NCBI RefSeq assembly: GCF_006345805.1
Contig: NC_043015.1
Location: forward strand, 13,640,001-13,704,000
DNA from: Octopus sinensis
Taxonomy: Eukaryota
Reading direction: 5' to 3'
DNA length: 64,000 nucleotides
The notes below the pieces were generated by a model, which was given only the letters and a program-made list of their open reading frames with translations, was not told where the DNA came from and did not search any database. Shown here one piece after another: positions 39,905 through 52,923 of this stretch (position 1 is its first letter; every line of letters starts with the position of its first letter). The position numbers and the translations under genes are program-made.

Positions 39905-40114
39905 AGTTTTTATGCTTCGTCTATCAATAAGTCACAAGGTCAGACACTACAAGTTGGTGGTTTGCCTTTAGAAGAGGATTGTTTTTCACATGGACAGCTA
40001 TATGTCGGTGCTTCTAGAGTAGGGAGTAAGAAAAACCTTTTTGCATTTGCCCCTAATAGTAAAACTCAAAATATTGTCTATAAGGAAGTTTGTTCTGAGC
40101 GATTAACAAACTAA
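39905..40114 (+). mobile_element. Helitron Pif1-like helicase C-terminal fragment
   Basis: YASSINKSQGQTL..CFSHGQLYVGASRV..TQNIVYKEV, the C-terminal Pif1 helicase motifs. Confidence 0.9.
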
Positions 40115-40122
40115 TAATTGTA

Positions 40123-40686
40123 TTGGGTTGTCTGGAAAGTTCATACCGATTTATAGTAGCTTACCTTTCGACTTATTTTAGAACATGGTTGAGTCCATAA
40201 AATAAGATTTGACTACATCGCCATATAGAGCACAGGTTAAGCTATCTTTTCGTGGAAGAGGGTTATGTTCCTATAACCTGTGTTAATTCTGTAACCCTTT
40301 AAAATGGAAGATACAAAAGTTCATTTTCAGCACTTGATGCTTTGGGAACCAGAAAAAATTGCTGCAGCTCGGCTGGGATGTGTTACCCCACCCTCCATAT
40401 TCACCAGATATTGCTCCTTCGGATTTCCACTCATTCAGCTCTCTGCAGAATAGTCTTAATGGGAAAAATTTCAATTCCTTGGATGACGTAAAAAGTTACC
40501 TTGATGAATTCTTTGCTATGAAACCACCTCAATTCTGGGAAGAGGGTATTTTCAAGTTAAAGGAAAGATGGAGATGCGTTGTGCAACAAAATGATTCATA
40601 TTTAGTTGATTAAAAATGTAATGGCAGGTATTTAATGACCTTTTCCTTTCCTTTAAAAATCGGCATGAACTTTCTGGACAACCCAA
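40123..40686 (+). mobile_element. Internally deleted mariner transposon
   Basis: TA TSDs at 40121-40122 and 40687-40688. ~28-bp TIRs ttgggttgtctggaaagttcataccgattt / aaatcggcatgaactttctggacaacccaa. N-terminus MEDTKVHFQHLML is joined to LGWDVLPHPPYSPDIAPSDFH..GIFKLKERW. Confidence 0.95.
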
Positions 40687-41565
40687 TACATTGTTCAATA
40701 TATCTATAATGAGACTCTCAACATCAAACCCTGATAATATGAAAAGCTGCTTCTATGTCGTTTTTTTTTTTACTTGTAATAGAATTTTTTTGTATAATCT
40801 TTAAGGTTATGAGTAACCCATTAGTAAAATCATTCCATTATCATTTTGGAGATCTATTATTACCGATATAATTATTTTTTCTTGAAATTCTTCATATATC
40901 ATCATGTTTCAGAGTTTTAATTATTTCTCATTTTTCATTTCTAATTGCTTTACTTTCTTTATTTTTAAAAACCTATTTATATCTTTATGCAGCCATGTCC
41001 TTAGTATAAAGTTTTCCAGCATCATAAATAGTTATAATGAAGATGTTACATTACTATGATAATATATATTCAATTGTTAGTGTTTGTTGTGATTCTTGAA
41101 TAAACACTGCAATATGTATATCTTTATAATTTTCCTCAAGCTTTCATTTACCTGCATTCTAAATGCAAAAGCTGCAGTCTATGTGATGGTTGCTTCAATT
41201 TATAAATCAGAATATTGAGATAAAGAATAAGGAGTTTGTATGCAACCATGATTATATCTGGTTAATGGAAGAACCTCTTTTACACAAAAGCTGGCATTCC
41301 TTTCTTTTGAGTAATAAGAAAGCATAGAGATTTATCATCTACATGATTGGGAACAATATTTTTATTAGGATAAATGAGTATTGAGTTCAATAGTATATTA
41401 GACTATATTATAACTTTTTGGGTAGAAGCCTGGTAATAAGAGCTTGCAGATATTCCACTACAAAACATTCAACATTCAATAATATTGAAGCAGTAACTTT
41501 CATAAATCAGGGTATAATTTTTGAAGGGTCTTTCTGAACCCAGTCAATGACAGGAATTTCTGCTA

Positions 41566-41608
<43 letters not shown>

Positions 41609-41769
41609 CATGGGCAGGGCTGTGTGGTAAGAAGCTTGCTTCGCTTCCTAATCACATGGTTCCAGGTTCAGTCCCACTGCATGGCACCTTGGGCAAGTGA
41701 CTTCTATAACCTTGGGTAGACCAAAGCCATGTCAGTGGATTTGATTGACTGAAATGGAAAGAAGTCTGT

Positions 41770-41808
<39 letters not shown>

Positions 41809-42834
41809 TCATCATTGTTTAACGTCCGTTTTCCGTGCTAGCACGGGATGAAAGAAAAATTGGCAAAATATTATTTAATCACTGCGTATTTTATTCAACT
41901 TTAGGTCTTCATTGTTCCATGCATTAAATATGCTGATATCTACTGACCTACTGTTTATCATGCAAATGACATCTCAGAATAGCCAGAGAAAAAATATTTT
42001 TGGGCATATATACAAAGTGATTCATTTGCTACCACTTAAAGAAGTTATAGCAGGTACAAGCTTATGAAAATGCTCAAATAAGTTGAAACATGTCTGGCTT
42101 GTTTTTTGTACATGATAAATAATGGGAAAATATTAGTCACAAGTAAGCTTCCCTTCTCTCATACATATTGTTTGTATCCTATTTTAGATTTCTTTTTCTT
42201 CCATGCATTAAATATGTTGACACATAGTTCTTTTATAGAAGCATTTTTGTTGTTGCTATACTGTCAAACATTGTTATTATTATGATTATTATTGAGTGAG
42301 AGAGCAGGTACAAATATACGAACCCCAATTTACCCATCAGGACTACCCATCTGATAAGAGTACACCAGGAGCATACATCACAACCATATTTGCATGACAG
42401 AGTGATTTCATATCAAGATAAACAGTGCATGATCTTGCAGGTGAGGCAAAGTTAGAATTTTCTTCAGATCAAGTAGCCCATCCCACTCAAATAGGTCTCT
42501 GAATAAGGGCTGTTTAAGGATTTTAAATGAAACACTTGTTTCCAGAGGTGTTTTATTCAAACCCCAAAGAATTCCTTTCAGCATAGCGTTATGATGCTTC
42601 CCCACTACTTCTGCTCATGATGCACATTTTGTCAGCCACTAAGGGACATGCTCAACTGGTGAAGGTCAAACAAATGACAAACAAAACCGTAGTATTGAGC
42701 AGAATATTTGCTGTAGCCTAACTTCTACACCAAGACAAAACATGTACATGATAACACTTCTAATCAGTTAAAATCAGAAGCTATGTGAGCAAGTACCTGG
42801 TATTGCTTCAGGGCATTCATTATTATTATTATTA

Positions 42835-42883
<49 letters not shown>

Positions 42884-42884
42884 T

Positions 42885-43130
42885 TATTGTCTTTGCACAG
42901 CTTCTAACACTGGAGATGTAGTATAGTGCCAGCTGTTCACCACCAGTGAACTAAGGTAACACCTCTTATTTTTCAAGCACCATCCGGAGTATTCAAGTGG
43001 TTCCAAGCAATGCTGTTTTCTGCAAGCGCTCAACCCTTATTGCAGCCCCTATTTGTTCCATGTACTTCTCAAGATTTTTACTCACTGTTCCCAGGGTTAT
43101 GACAGTTATTGGTACTACTACCACCTTTTC
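42885..43130 (-). mobile_element. R4/Dong-like LINE 3' end abutting (TTA)n
   Basis: Nearly colinear with 51545-51800. Minus-strand peptide LGTVSKNLEKYMEQIGAAIRVERLQKTALLGT. Confidence 0.8.
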
Positions 43131-43715
43131 AGATCTTGGACAGTAAGGTTCCTCAGTTATCTCTAGAGGTCATCCTGAACCAGGAGGACATCTCTATCAA
43201 CCCTGCACACTTGTTTCTGTTAACCTTTGTAAACTATGTATATTTCCCTTCTTTTTCACTGTATACCATGTATACTTACTCCTTTATTATTATCATTTAT
43301 ATATTTTATCATTTCATTATATATAAACCCCCACACTTATGTCTGTTTTGTATTGTCCCCCCTCATCCTTCACCCTGGTGGCAAATAAATAATAATTATC
43401 ATTGAAATTTATTGCTTGAAATTTATTGCTCTAACATACATCAGCTGAGTCTTTCTCTGCAACTAAACATTATGATAAGAAACTATGTATACAGTAACAC
43501 TGAATTGTCATTTATAATAGTTAACAGCAGTGATCACTCAGTGTAATAGCCTCACTCAGTAATCATCTTTCATTTTATCTTTTACTTCTTTCAGTCATTA
43601 GACTGTGGCCATGCTGGGGCACTCCTTTGAAGAATTTTTAGTTGAATGAATGAACCACAATACCCGAATTTTTTAAAACTTGGTACTCATTCTATCAGCC
43701 TCTTTTGCCGAACTG

Positions 43716-43796
<81 letters not shown>

Positions 43797-46701
43797 GTAT
43801 GTATATATATATATACAGTAATTTAAAACCTGAAAGAGGCAGGCTTTTGTTAGAGGACCACTAAAATGGAGCTGAATCAAACTGCTTTAAATAATACATT
43901 TAACTCCTACAAAGGTGTTGAGTGCCCTTCTCTTTTGTTTGGTCACTCGTCATCATCATCATCTTCATCATCATCGTTTAATGTCCACTTTCCATGCTGG
44001 CATGGGTTAGACAGTTTGACTGAGGACTGGCAAGCCAGGAGGCTGCACCAGGCTCCAATCTGATGTGGTAAGGTTTCTACAGCTGGATGTCCTTTCTAAT
44101 GCCAACCACTCTGAGAGTGTAGTGGGTGTTTTTTACATGCCACCAGCATGAGGGCCAGTTAGGCAGCACTGGTATTGACCATGCTCGAAAATCCTTTTTA
44201 CTTGCCACCAGCACGGGAGCCAGCCAGGCGGCACTATGTATGTAATGGACTTCTTTCAGTTTTCATCAACCAAATCCACTCACAAGGCTTTGGTCAGCCT
44301 GAGGCTATAGTAGAAGACACTTGCCCAAAGTACAACTCAGTGGGACTGAACCCAGAACCATGCGGTTGGGAAGCAAGCTTCTTACCATGCAGCCACACCC
44401 TGTAAAGAGTTGGCACAAATATGAGATTATTTTGTTATTGTTAATGTTTAGCTCTATATCACTGAGTGACCTATGATTCAAGATATTCCAGCTGTGACTA
44501 TGCTTTTTTGCTCTTGTTTATCTATGACTATCCTTCTTCAAGAAAAGATAATCTAGGATTATCCTTTTTCAAAAAAGGATAATCCAAGATTATCCTTTTT
44601 CAAAAGATTGCATATTGTGTGTGATTTCAGGGAAGTTAGCTTTTCTTTCAAGCATGTTGAGAAACCATATACAAGCTCATTTGTGGGTCCATTAATGGGA
44701 ATTGTGGGTAAAATATTATATATGCTTAGGGGAGGGGCGTTGTGTGTGTGTGTGTGTGTGTGTGTATTTATATGTCAGCATAAATAATGCTGCTGTCAAG
44801 AAGCTGAGCTTCCTGAAAGAGATAACAAAGGACTGCAACATATGGCAAGACACTTTGCGAGAGGAAATCTGTCTAACCCATGCAAGCATGGATAAGCAAA
44901 TATATAAATGATGATGCTCTTTATATTTTATCTTTTACTTGTTTCGGTCATTAGGCTGCAGCCATGCTGGGGCACCACCTTGAAGAATTCTTACTCAAAT
45001 GAATCAATCCCAGTACTTAATTTTGTTAAGTCTGGTACATATTCTATTGGTCTCTTTTGCCGAACCACTAAGTTACAGGGATGTAAACGCACCAACACCA
45101 GTTGTGAAACAGTGGTGGGGGACAAACATACACACACACACACACACACACATTCTCTATGTTAAAATATTCATGACTCTTTTTATAGAGCATTAATGAT
45201 ATAAATAAAATAGAATGAGCTCATGGATTCTACTCATTAAGACAAGAATCTAATGAGTCAAAATGAATAGCAAATTTTCTATTGTAAAGTGTCTTGCCAT
45301 GTGTTGCAGTCCTTTGTTATTTCATTCATGAATTTGTCATTTCACATGAAAAATGCACACACACACACACATATATGTATATACATATATACAATGAGCT
45401 TCTTTCAGTTTCCGTCTACTAAATCCACTCACAAGTCTTTGGTCGGCCTGAGGCTATAGTAGAAGATTCTAAGGAATAGGCACTGTCAGTGCTTTATGTC
45501 ATTGGTCAGCACTTCTAAGACCTCATTTAGGTGGTTGAGGCTCTCTTAGTCTAGAACTCCACAACAGTCAACAGATACTCTTTTACTTCTTTCAGTCATT
45601 TGACTGCAGCCATGCTGGAGCACCACCTTAAAGGGTTGAAGAAATCAACCCCAGGACTTATTCTTTGTAAGCCTAGTACTTATTTTATCAGCCTCTTTTG
45701 TCAAACTGTTGAGTTATGGGGAAATAAAACACACCAACATTGGTTGTCAACCGATGGTGGGGTGAGGGACAAACACAGACACAAAGACACACAGACATAG
45801 ATATATATGTATATATACTCATATATATATATATGATGGGCTTCTTTCAGTTTCTGTCTACCAAATCCCCTCACAAGGCTTTGGTGAATCTGAAGCTATA
45901 GTACAAGACACTTGCCCCAATTGGCCACGCAGTGGAACTGAACTCAGAACCATGTGGTTGGGAAGCAAGCTTCTTACCACTGCTATGCTTGCACCTATGT
46001 TGATATATTGATTCATTTATTTTTATGTAGCCACAAGATTTATTTTAAAAGGTACATTATGATAAAACATTCATGCCTCTTTTTATAGAGCATTAATGAT
46101 ATAAATAAAATAGAATGAGCTCATGGACTCTACTCATTAAGAGGATAATCTAATGAGTCAAAATGAATATTAAATTGTTACCATACAACAAATGGAAATA
46201 TTAATTTACACCTGTATATTTTTTGAAATTCTATTTTTATTTTTATATCATCATTATTGACATCATCAGCTTGTCATCATCATCATCATCGTCATCATCA
46301 GTTGGTGCAGCATCATCCTTTATGTATGTTTTGCTTTCCATGTTTGCTTCAGTTAAGTAGATTTTCTATTGTAAAGTGTCTTGCCATGTGTTGCTGTCCT
46401 TTTGTCATTTTATTCATGAAGTTGTCATTTCACATGAAAAATACACACACACACACACACATATGGAAAAACACAAGAGCATGACCAGTGGGTACAAAAG
46501 GTACTACAAAGCCTCCTGGCTTGCCAGTTCTCAGTCAAACTATCTAACCCATGCCAGCATGGAAAGTGGAAGGGCACTCAACACATTTGTAGGAGTTTAT
46601 TACTTAAAACAGTTTGATTCAGCTCCATGCAACTTAGAGTTTAGTGGTCCTCTAACAAAAGCCTGCTTCTTTCAGATTTTAAAATACTGTATATATATAT
46701 A

Positions 46702-47116
46702 GGCGCAGGAGTGGCTGTGTGGTAAGTAGCTTGCTAATCAACCACATGGTCCCGGGTTCAGTCCCACTGCGTGGCATCTTGGGCAAGTGTCTTCTGCTAT
46801 AGCCCCGGGCCGACCAATGCCTTGTGAGTGGATTTGGTAGACGGAAACTGAAAGAAGCCTGTCGTATATATGTATATATATATGTATGTGTGTGTGTATT
46901 TGTGTGTCTGTGTTTGTCCCCCTAGTATTGCTTGACAACCGATGCTGGTGTGTTTATGTCCCCGTCACTTAGCGGTTCGGCAAAAGAGATCGATAGAATA
47001 AGTACTGGGCTTACAAAGAATAAGTCCCGGGGTTGAGTTGCTCGATTAAAGCGGTGCTCCAGCATGGCCGCAGTCAAATGACTGAAACAAGTAAGAGTAA
47101 AGAGTAAGAGTAAAGA

Positions 47117-47118
<2 letters not shown>
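46702..47118 (+). mobile_element. SINE family A, full length, young
   Basis: Near-identical to 3854-4270, with an aaagagt tail running into (TA)n. Confidence 0.92.
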
Positions 47119-47164
<46 letters not shown>

Positions 47165-47175
47165 ATATATGTGTA

Positions 47176-47214
<39 letters not shown>

Positions 47215-47218
<4 letters not shown>

Positions 47219-47268
47219 GCAAGAATAACAAGAAACTGATGCAACTGAATTAAGCATTATACATTCAT

Positions 47269-47342
<74 letters not shown>

Positions 47343-47422
47343 TGTGTGTGTGTGTGTGTGCGTGTGTGTATGAATGTATAATGCTTAATTCAGTTGCATC
47401 AGTTTCTTGCTATTCTTGCTAT
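47215..47422. repeat. Near-perfect palindrome centred on (CA)n(TA)n(TG)n
   Basis: The ~55-bp unique arm aatagcaagaataacaagaaactgatgcaactgaattaagcattatacattcatac matches its reverse complement with one mismatch. Confidence 0.95.
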
Positions 47423-47439
47423 TTCTCCACTGAGAAATG

Positions 47440-47610
47440 TCACACATTGTGTCAAAAACACCAGGGTTCATTTGTGACATAGATGATGTCCTGGTCAGTG
47501 GAAAAACACAAGAGCACGACCAGTGGGTACAAAAGGTACTACAAAGAATGAAAGCAGCAAGGGTAGCATTAAATGAAAAGTGAGGTGAAATTTCTGGGTC
47601 ATAAGATCTA
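47440..47610 (+). mobile_element. Gypsy LTR retrotransposon RT fragment
   Basis: PGFICDIDDVLVSGKTQEHDQWVQKVLQRMKAARVALNEK*..VKFLGH, the YxDD region. Confidence 0.8.
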
Positions 47611-47819
47611 TGTTTTTATCTCCCTAGATTAGTCACCTACCATTACAGGAACACTCTAGTTTAAAAGAACACATTTGGATCACTAATAGTAAGTGGTCAT
47701 TACTGTGTATGCTTTGCTAATAAATGGACATATCTTATCTCACGCTGAATTCTCTTTCCATTTATTAACCAATTTCGTCAACCTTCATTATACCATAAGA
47801 TCATCAGGCAATTTATAAT

Positions 47820-47866
47820 TTGCCTGATGAGCCTATGAATACTAAGGCAAAACTTCAGAGCAGCAA
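47820..47866 (+). ncRNA. Degenerate type-I hammerhead ribozyme
   Basis: ttgc CTGATGA gcct-loop-aggc AAAA (GAAA after CpG decay) cttcagag CA gcaa. Stem I ttgc/gcaa and stem II gcct/aggc are perfect. Confidence 0.6.
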
Positions 47867-47985
47867 GTGTCTGATTCAAGCAAAATATAAATATAATATT
47901 ATTACTCCCTACTATGGTGTTTTTTATGACACCCAATACAAATGGTTTGCACACACATACACAAATCTGAAGAAAGAAAGAAAAA

Positions 47986-48112
<127 letters not shown>

Positions 48113-49135
48113 GTTATATATGTGTGAGGGTGCATAGCCTTGTGGTTAGGGTGTTGCACTCATGATTGCAAGATTATGGTTTCAATTCCTGGACTGGGTG
48201 GTGCATTGTGTTCTTGAACAAAACCCTTAATCTCATGTTGCTCTATAATCCCTTTGACACTTGATATGTTGCTACCCTGATTTCTATGCTTTTGAAGCAC
48301 TCACTGCTACTATTAATTAGATCATTTAGGTAAGAAAAGTCATTAGAAATCTCTGCAGAGCCTCTGAAATTTTACAAGATGTTATTTCACAGGTACTCTT
48401 CGACCAGCTATTTTTGTACCTTTGTCTATTTCCTCATTCAACCTGTCTGTGATCTCATTTTAACCTCTTCAGTACCTGCAGATTATATTCAATACACCAC
48501 ATGAAATGTCTATCTTGTCTTCTTTCCTTCTTTTGTCTTTGCTATTACTTTGAAGCCTTTTGAAGGTTTTGCTTCTGCATATGAATTTTTTATTCTAAAT
48601 CTTTTTATAGATTCAGCTATGAGAACTAGGTTATTGTCATACTGATCTTCCCATGGATAGCCAGTCTTTAATTTTTCTGTTATGACATTGAGAACTATAA
48701 TGAAGAAACAAGGGCTTGTTACATATTATACATATATCTAACGTCATCATATATTAATGTAAAAGTTCACGTGTAACATACTACCATTATAATATACACC
48801 TTGATATTCGGATATAAAATGTCTTAGATACCCCTATAATACCATATACAAATGCAATAACTGTTACAAGGGACATTTGTCTACTATAAGCTAATATGTT
48901 AGTTTCTAATGTCATTTTATATAAATTAACTCTATATACAATAATAAAGCTTTATTACATTATCATGTTTTCTTTAAAAGTGATCAAGGCAAAACTTTGT
49001 TATCTAATATCATATTATACTCTTGTAATCTTGATTTTGGTGAAAAGAAATTCTAGTCATGAGTTTGGTAAAAAAAAAAATATGGGTATTATACATGGAG
49101 TTTTATGGTGTGCGTGCACACACTCACATATATGA

Positions 49136-49164
<29 letters not shown>

Positions 49165-49166
<2 letters not shown>

Positions 49167-49378
49167 ATTTTGTTTTGGGATTTGGTTTGCAAGATTCTTT
49201 ATGCAAGTTTGAATGTTGAAGCATATACTGCTGTGTCTGGGGAGAGTCATTTTCTTTTAGTGCCTTATAATTTAACACATGCAGTGGTAAAACTTCCAAG
49301 TAAATGAGTGTAAATTTTACTGGTGAGTGTGTTAAATTATAAGGCGCTAAAAGAGAATGACTCTCCCCAGACACAACA

Positions 49379-49382
<4 letters not shown>
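49165..49382. repeat. Dispersed element with internal inverted duplication, copy 1
   Basis: ctgctgtgtctggggagagtcattttcttttagtgccttataatttaacac pairs with gtgttaaattataaggcgctaaaagagaatgactctccccagacacaacag. Same family as 54645-54830. Confidence 0.85.
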
Positions 49383-49447
<65 letters not shown>

Positions 49448-49486
49448 CACACACATATATATATATATATATGTATATATACACAC

Positions 49487-49543
<57 letters not shown>

Positions 49544-50027
49544 CATACACACACACACACACACATATATATATATGATATATACACACATGTATATATA
49601 TATATATATGCAGAGTGGTTGGTGTTAGGAAGGGCATCCAGCTGTAGAAACACTGCCAGATCAGACTGGAGCCTGGTGCAGCCCCTGGCTTCCCAGACCC
49701 CGGTCGAACCGTCCAACCCATGCTAGCGTGGAAAATGGATGTTAAACAATACTTTTACTTTTGATAGTAAGGTCCATAGAACAAGGAGTAACTTCTATAT
49801 AAGTTGAATTTGTGACTTGTTTTCTTGCCTCAGTATGGCCATGATCCAATAACTTAAACAAGTGAAAGAGTAACAGGGTATCCCAAGAAGTAGTTAACTA
49901 CAAAGGACAAATCCATTTCTCACTCAATCATAATTTTGCCCTCAACACAAGGGAAAGAGCCTCCTTTCATTTGTCATTCTCAATAGTTGACCTATCCTCT
50001 GAAGCAACACTCTGCTGGAAGTAAGAT

Positions 50028-50109
<82 letters not shown>

Positions 50110-51544
50110 ACTTAAAATGATATGGGTATGACAGCTAAGGACAAAATCTTTAAAAATATGTAAATATACTGAGGTGGTTGAAATCTCAAACAACCTCAAT
50201 AATAATAAATGGGAAAAAATAATATGAAATATATAATTGAAATAGACAAATGGTCATGACACTACACAAGCTAAGGTACATAAAGAAAATGGCATTTTGT
50301 GGTAGAGCACTCATTATTATGCAATACAATGTCATAGTACTAAATTCTTATCTTCTTTATACAATATGTAAAAGCAATTCAGATAAGTAGTAATATATAA
50401 ATGATCTGAATACACGTGAAGGACATGGAAGTGAAACTGATGGCACAGTAGCAACATAAAAAAGCATGATAGTAATAATGATTTCTTTATAATGATAATA
50501 ACAGTAACAATAATTCAAAATATAGGTATGATGAAAAAAAAAATTATAAACAAAATCATATAGGTTATAGCAGGACTCACAAAACTATACAATGTCCAAA
50601 AATAGCTTTACTCAGAACAGCCCGCAACCTACACAAGAGATTATTGAGTCAAATAGAACAGGTCAAATAGAACAGTATTCACACCACAATCCTGATACAA
50701 TAAGCACCAAATAAAATAAGCAACACTACCTATACTCTCCGTGATTAATACTCAATAAAATAACACAACTTACATTACACACACCATGCACAACAGAACA
50801 AATACTAATATAATGTTTTCTTTATTCACCACGAAGGATTCACAAAAAAAATTGAGAACATATAGAATAATACAATGTGGGGTTACTTAAAATGAAACAT
50901 GTAAACAGTGAAAATGATAACAAAATAAGATTTTAACAATAAAAAATTCCCCAAAAATGGGGAATATCCTAGGGCTACTTGTGGAGATCCAAAAAACTAC
51001 AGTTGCTTCAGGTGGATGTGGTGAAGATGGCCCATGTGAATGGGCCTACTCTGAATATATGCATGTAAGCCAGAGGGGTTGAGGAGTCAACTACCTGTCG
51101 GGTTCCTTCAGGGGTGGCCAGGATGTGTGAGGTTCCTTGGTCGGCCCTAGGAGGATTCCTCTACTTTTGGGGAATTTTATTGTTAAGTTTTAGTTAATAA
51201 TCATTATTATCTTGTTTTATTTTATACACGAATATTGTGCTAAGCCTCACTTGTCCCTTTTGTCATACTGTCTTTTTTTGTTTTGTGTTAAGCCCTTGTA
51301 GCCAATAAAGAAAACATCATTATTATTATTATTAAGGTGGTGAGCTGGCAGACTCATTAGCATGCTGGGCTAAATGCTTAGCGGTATTTCGCTCAGCACT
51401 ACACTCTGAGTTCAAATTCTGCTGAGGTTGATTTTGCCTTTCATCCTTTCAGGGTTAATAAATTAAGTTGATGTAATTGACACATCCCCTTCCCCCAAAA
51501 TGGCTGCTCTTGTGGAAAAATTTGAAACCATTATCATTATTATT

Positions 51545-52190
51545 CTATTGTCTTTGCACAGCTTCTAATGCTGGAGATGTACTATGGTGTCAGCTATTCA
51601 CTACCAGTGAACTAAGGTAGCACCCCTTACTTTTCAAGCACCATCCAGAGTATTCAAGCGGTTCCAAGCAAGCAGTGCTGTTTTCTGCAAGTGCACTACC
51701 CTTATGATAGCCTCTATTTGTTCCATGTACTTCTCAAGATTTTTACTCACTGTTCCCAGGGGCCTGACAATTATTGGTTCTACTGCCACCTTTTTCAGTG
51801 GTCACAACTGCTTAACCTCCCAAACTAACCTGTTATATCTATCGACTTTTCTTTCTTCCTTATCGCATACCTTGTCAGCTGGGCATGCTATATCTATGAT
51901 CCAGCAGCGTTTGCTTTTTTTCTCAATTAACACTATGTCTGGTTTCCTATTCTCTATGTCATAAAATCCCATAGGATCTTTGCATTGTCATCTTTGATGA
52001 TGCCTTTGGATTTATGTCCATACTGTTTATTTGCTCTATTGTCATGATGTCTCTTATATTCTTTCTGGGCTAGTGGCATATATTGACTAGTAATATGCCA
52101 TACGGTTTCACCATTTTATCCACAAATTCTACACTTATCAATTTCTGATGTATTGTCTATTCTGTTTTTGATGTAATTGGTTCTTAATTA
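51545..52190 (-). mobile_element. R4/Dong-like RLE LINE 3' fragment
   Basis: Minus strand KCRICG*NGETVWHITSQY (CCHC remnant), ILWDF..IENRKPDIVLIEKKSKRCWIIDIACPAD. Confidence 0.85.
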
Positions 52191-52923
52191 TTATTTTTGT
52201 TGTTGTTATTATTATATGTTTAGCTTTGTATTTACACAAGTTGCCTCCAAGTCTCACCCAGAGACCTCAAGAGACAACAAGTTAGAAGTTCATGCTGATG
52301 TTATGCCTAGGGTGTCATATATTTGTTTTGTATATAGTATTGTTCTAGAGAATGTTTAAGAAAACATGAGTTTGATTTAAAATTTGAGATTACATAGACA
52401 GTATTTTACATAGGATAGGGGCAGTTACTGTGAGCACAGTCTTTTCAATTTCTACCATTTTGGGGTTTCCTGGTATCTGAGCTAGGTAGCAATCATCCCC
52501 TTTTGCTATCACTCCTAGGATACCTATGACAACAGATATTGTTTTCATCTTTCTTAAGGTTCCACATTTTGCCAATTTCTATTTCAAGATCTTTATATTT
52601 GCTCAGTTTTTGGTAGGTCTTGACAGATACATTTTTATCGATTGGGACAGTCATATCAATGAGGAGGCATGATTTTTGTCTGAAGTCTTTCAATATAATG
52701 TCTGGCCTATTCACATCTATCTTTCTGTCAGTTTGAATGGTGAAGTTCCAGAGGAGTGAGATGCGATCATTTTCAAGCACTGGAGGTGGTTTGTGTTCCC
52801 ACTAGTTTTTATCATGAAGCAAGTCCAGGATTTTGCAAATTACCCAATGAATATTTTGTGCTGCTCTATTATGCCTGTTAAGATAATCTGTAGGCACAAG
52901 AAGACTGCACATGGAGACAACAT

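Noticed and set aside
39896-40114. Host PIF1 helicase exon
   Set aside because: No splice context; the terminal T.NIVYKEV motif is characteristic of Helitron helicases and it is surrounded by transposon debris.
40359-40613. SETMAR-like host gene
   Set aside because: Lies within TIRs and TA TSDs of a deleted mariner, with no SET domain.
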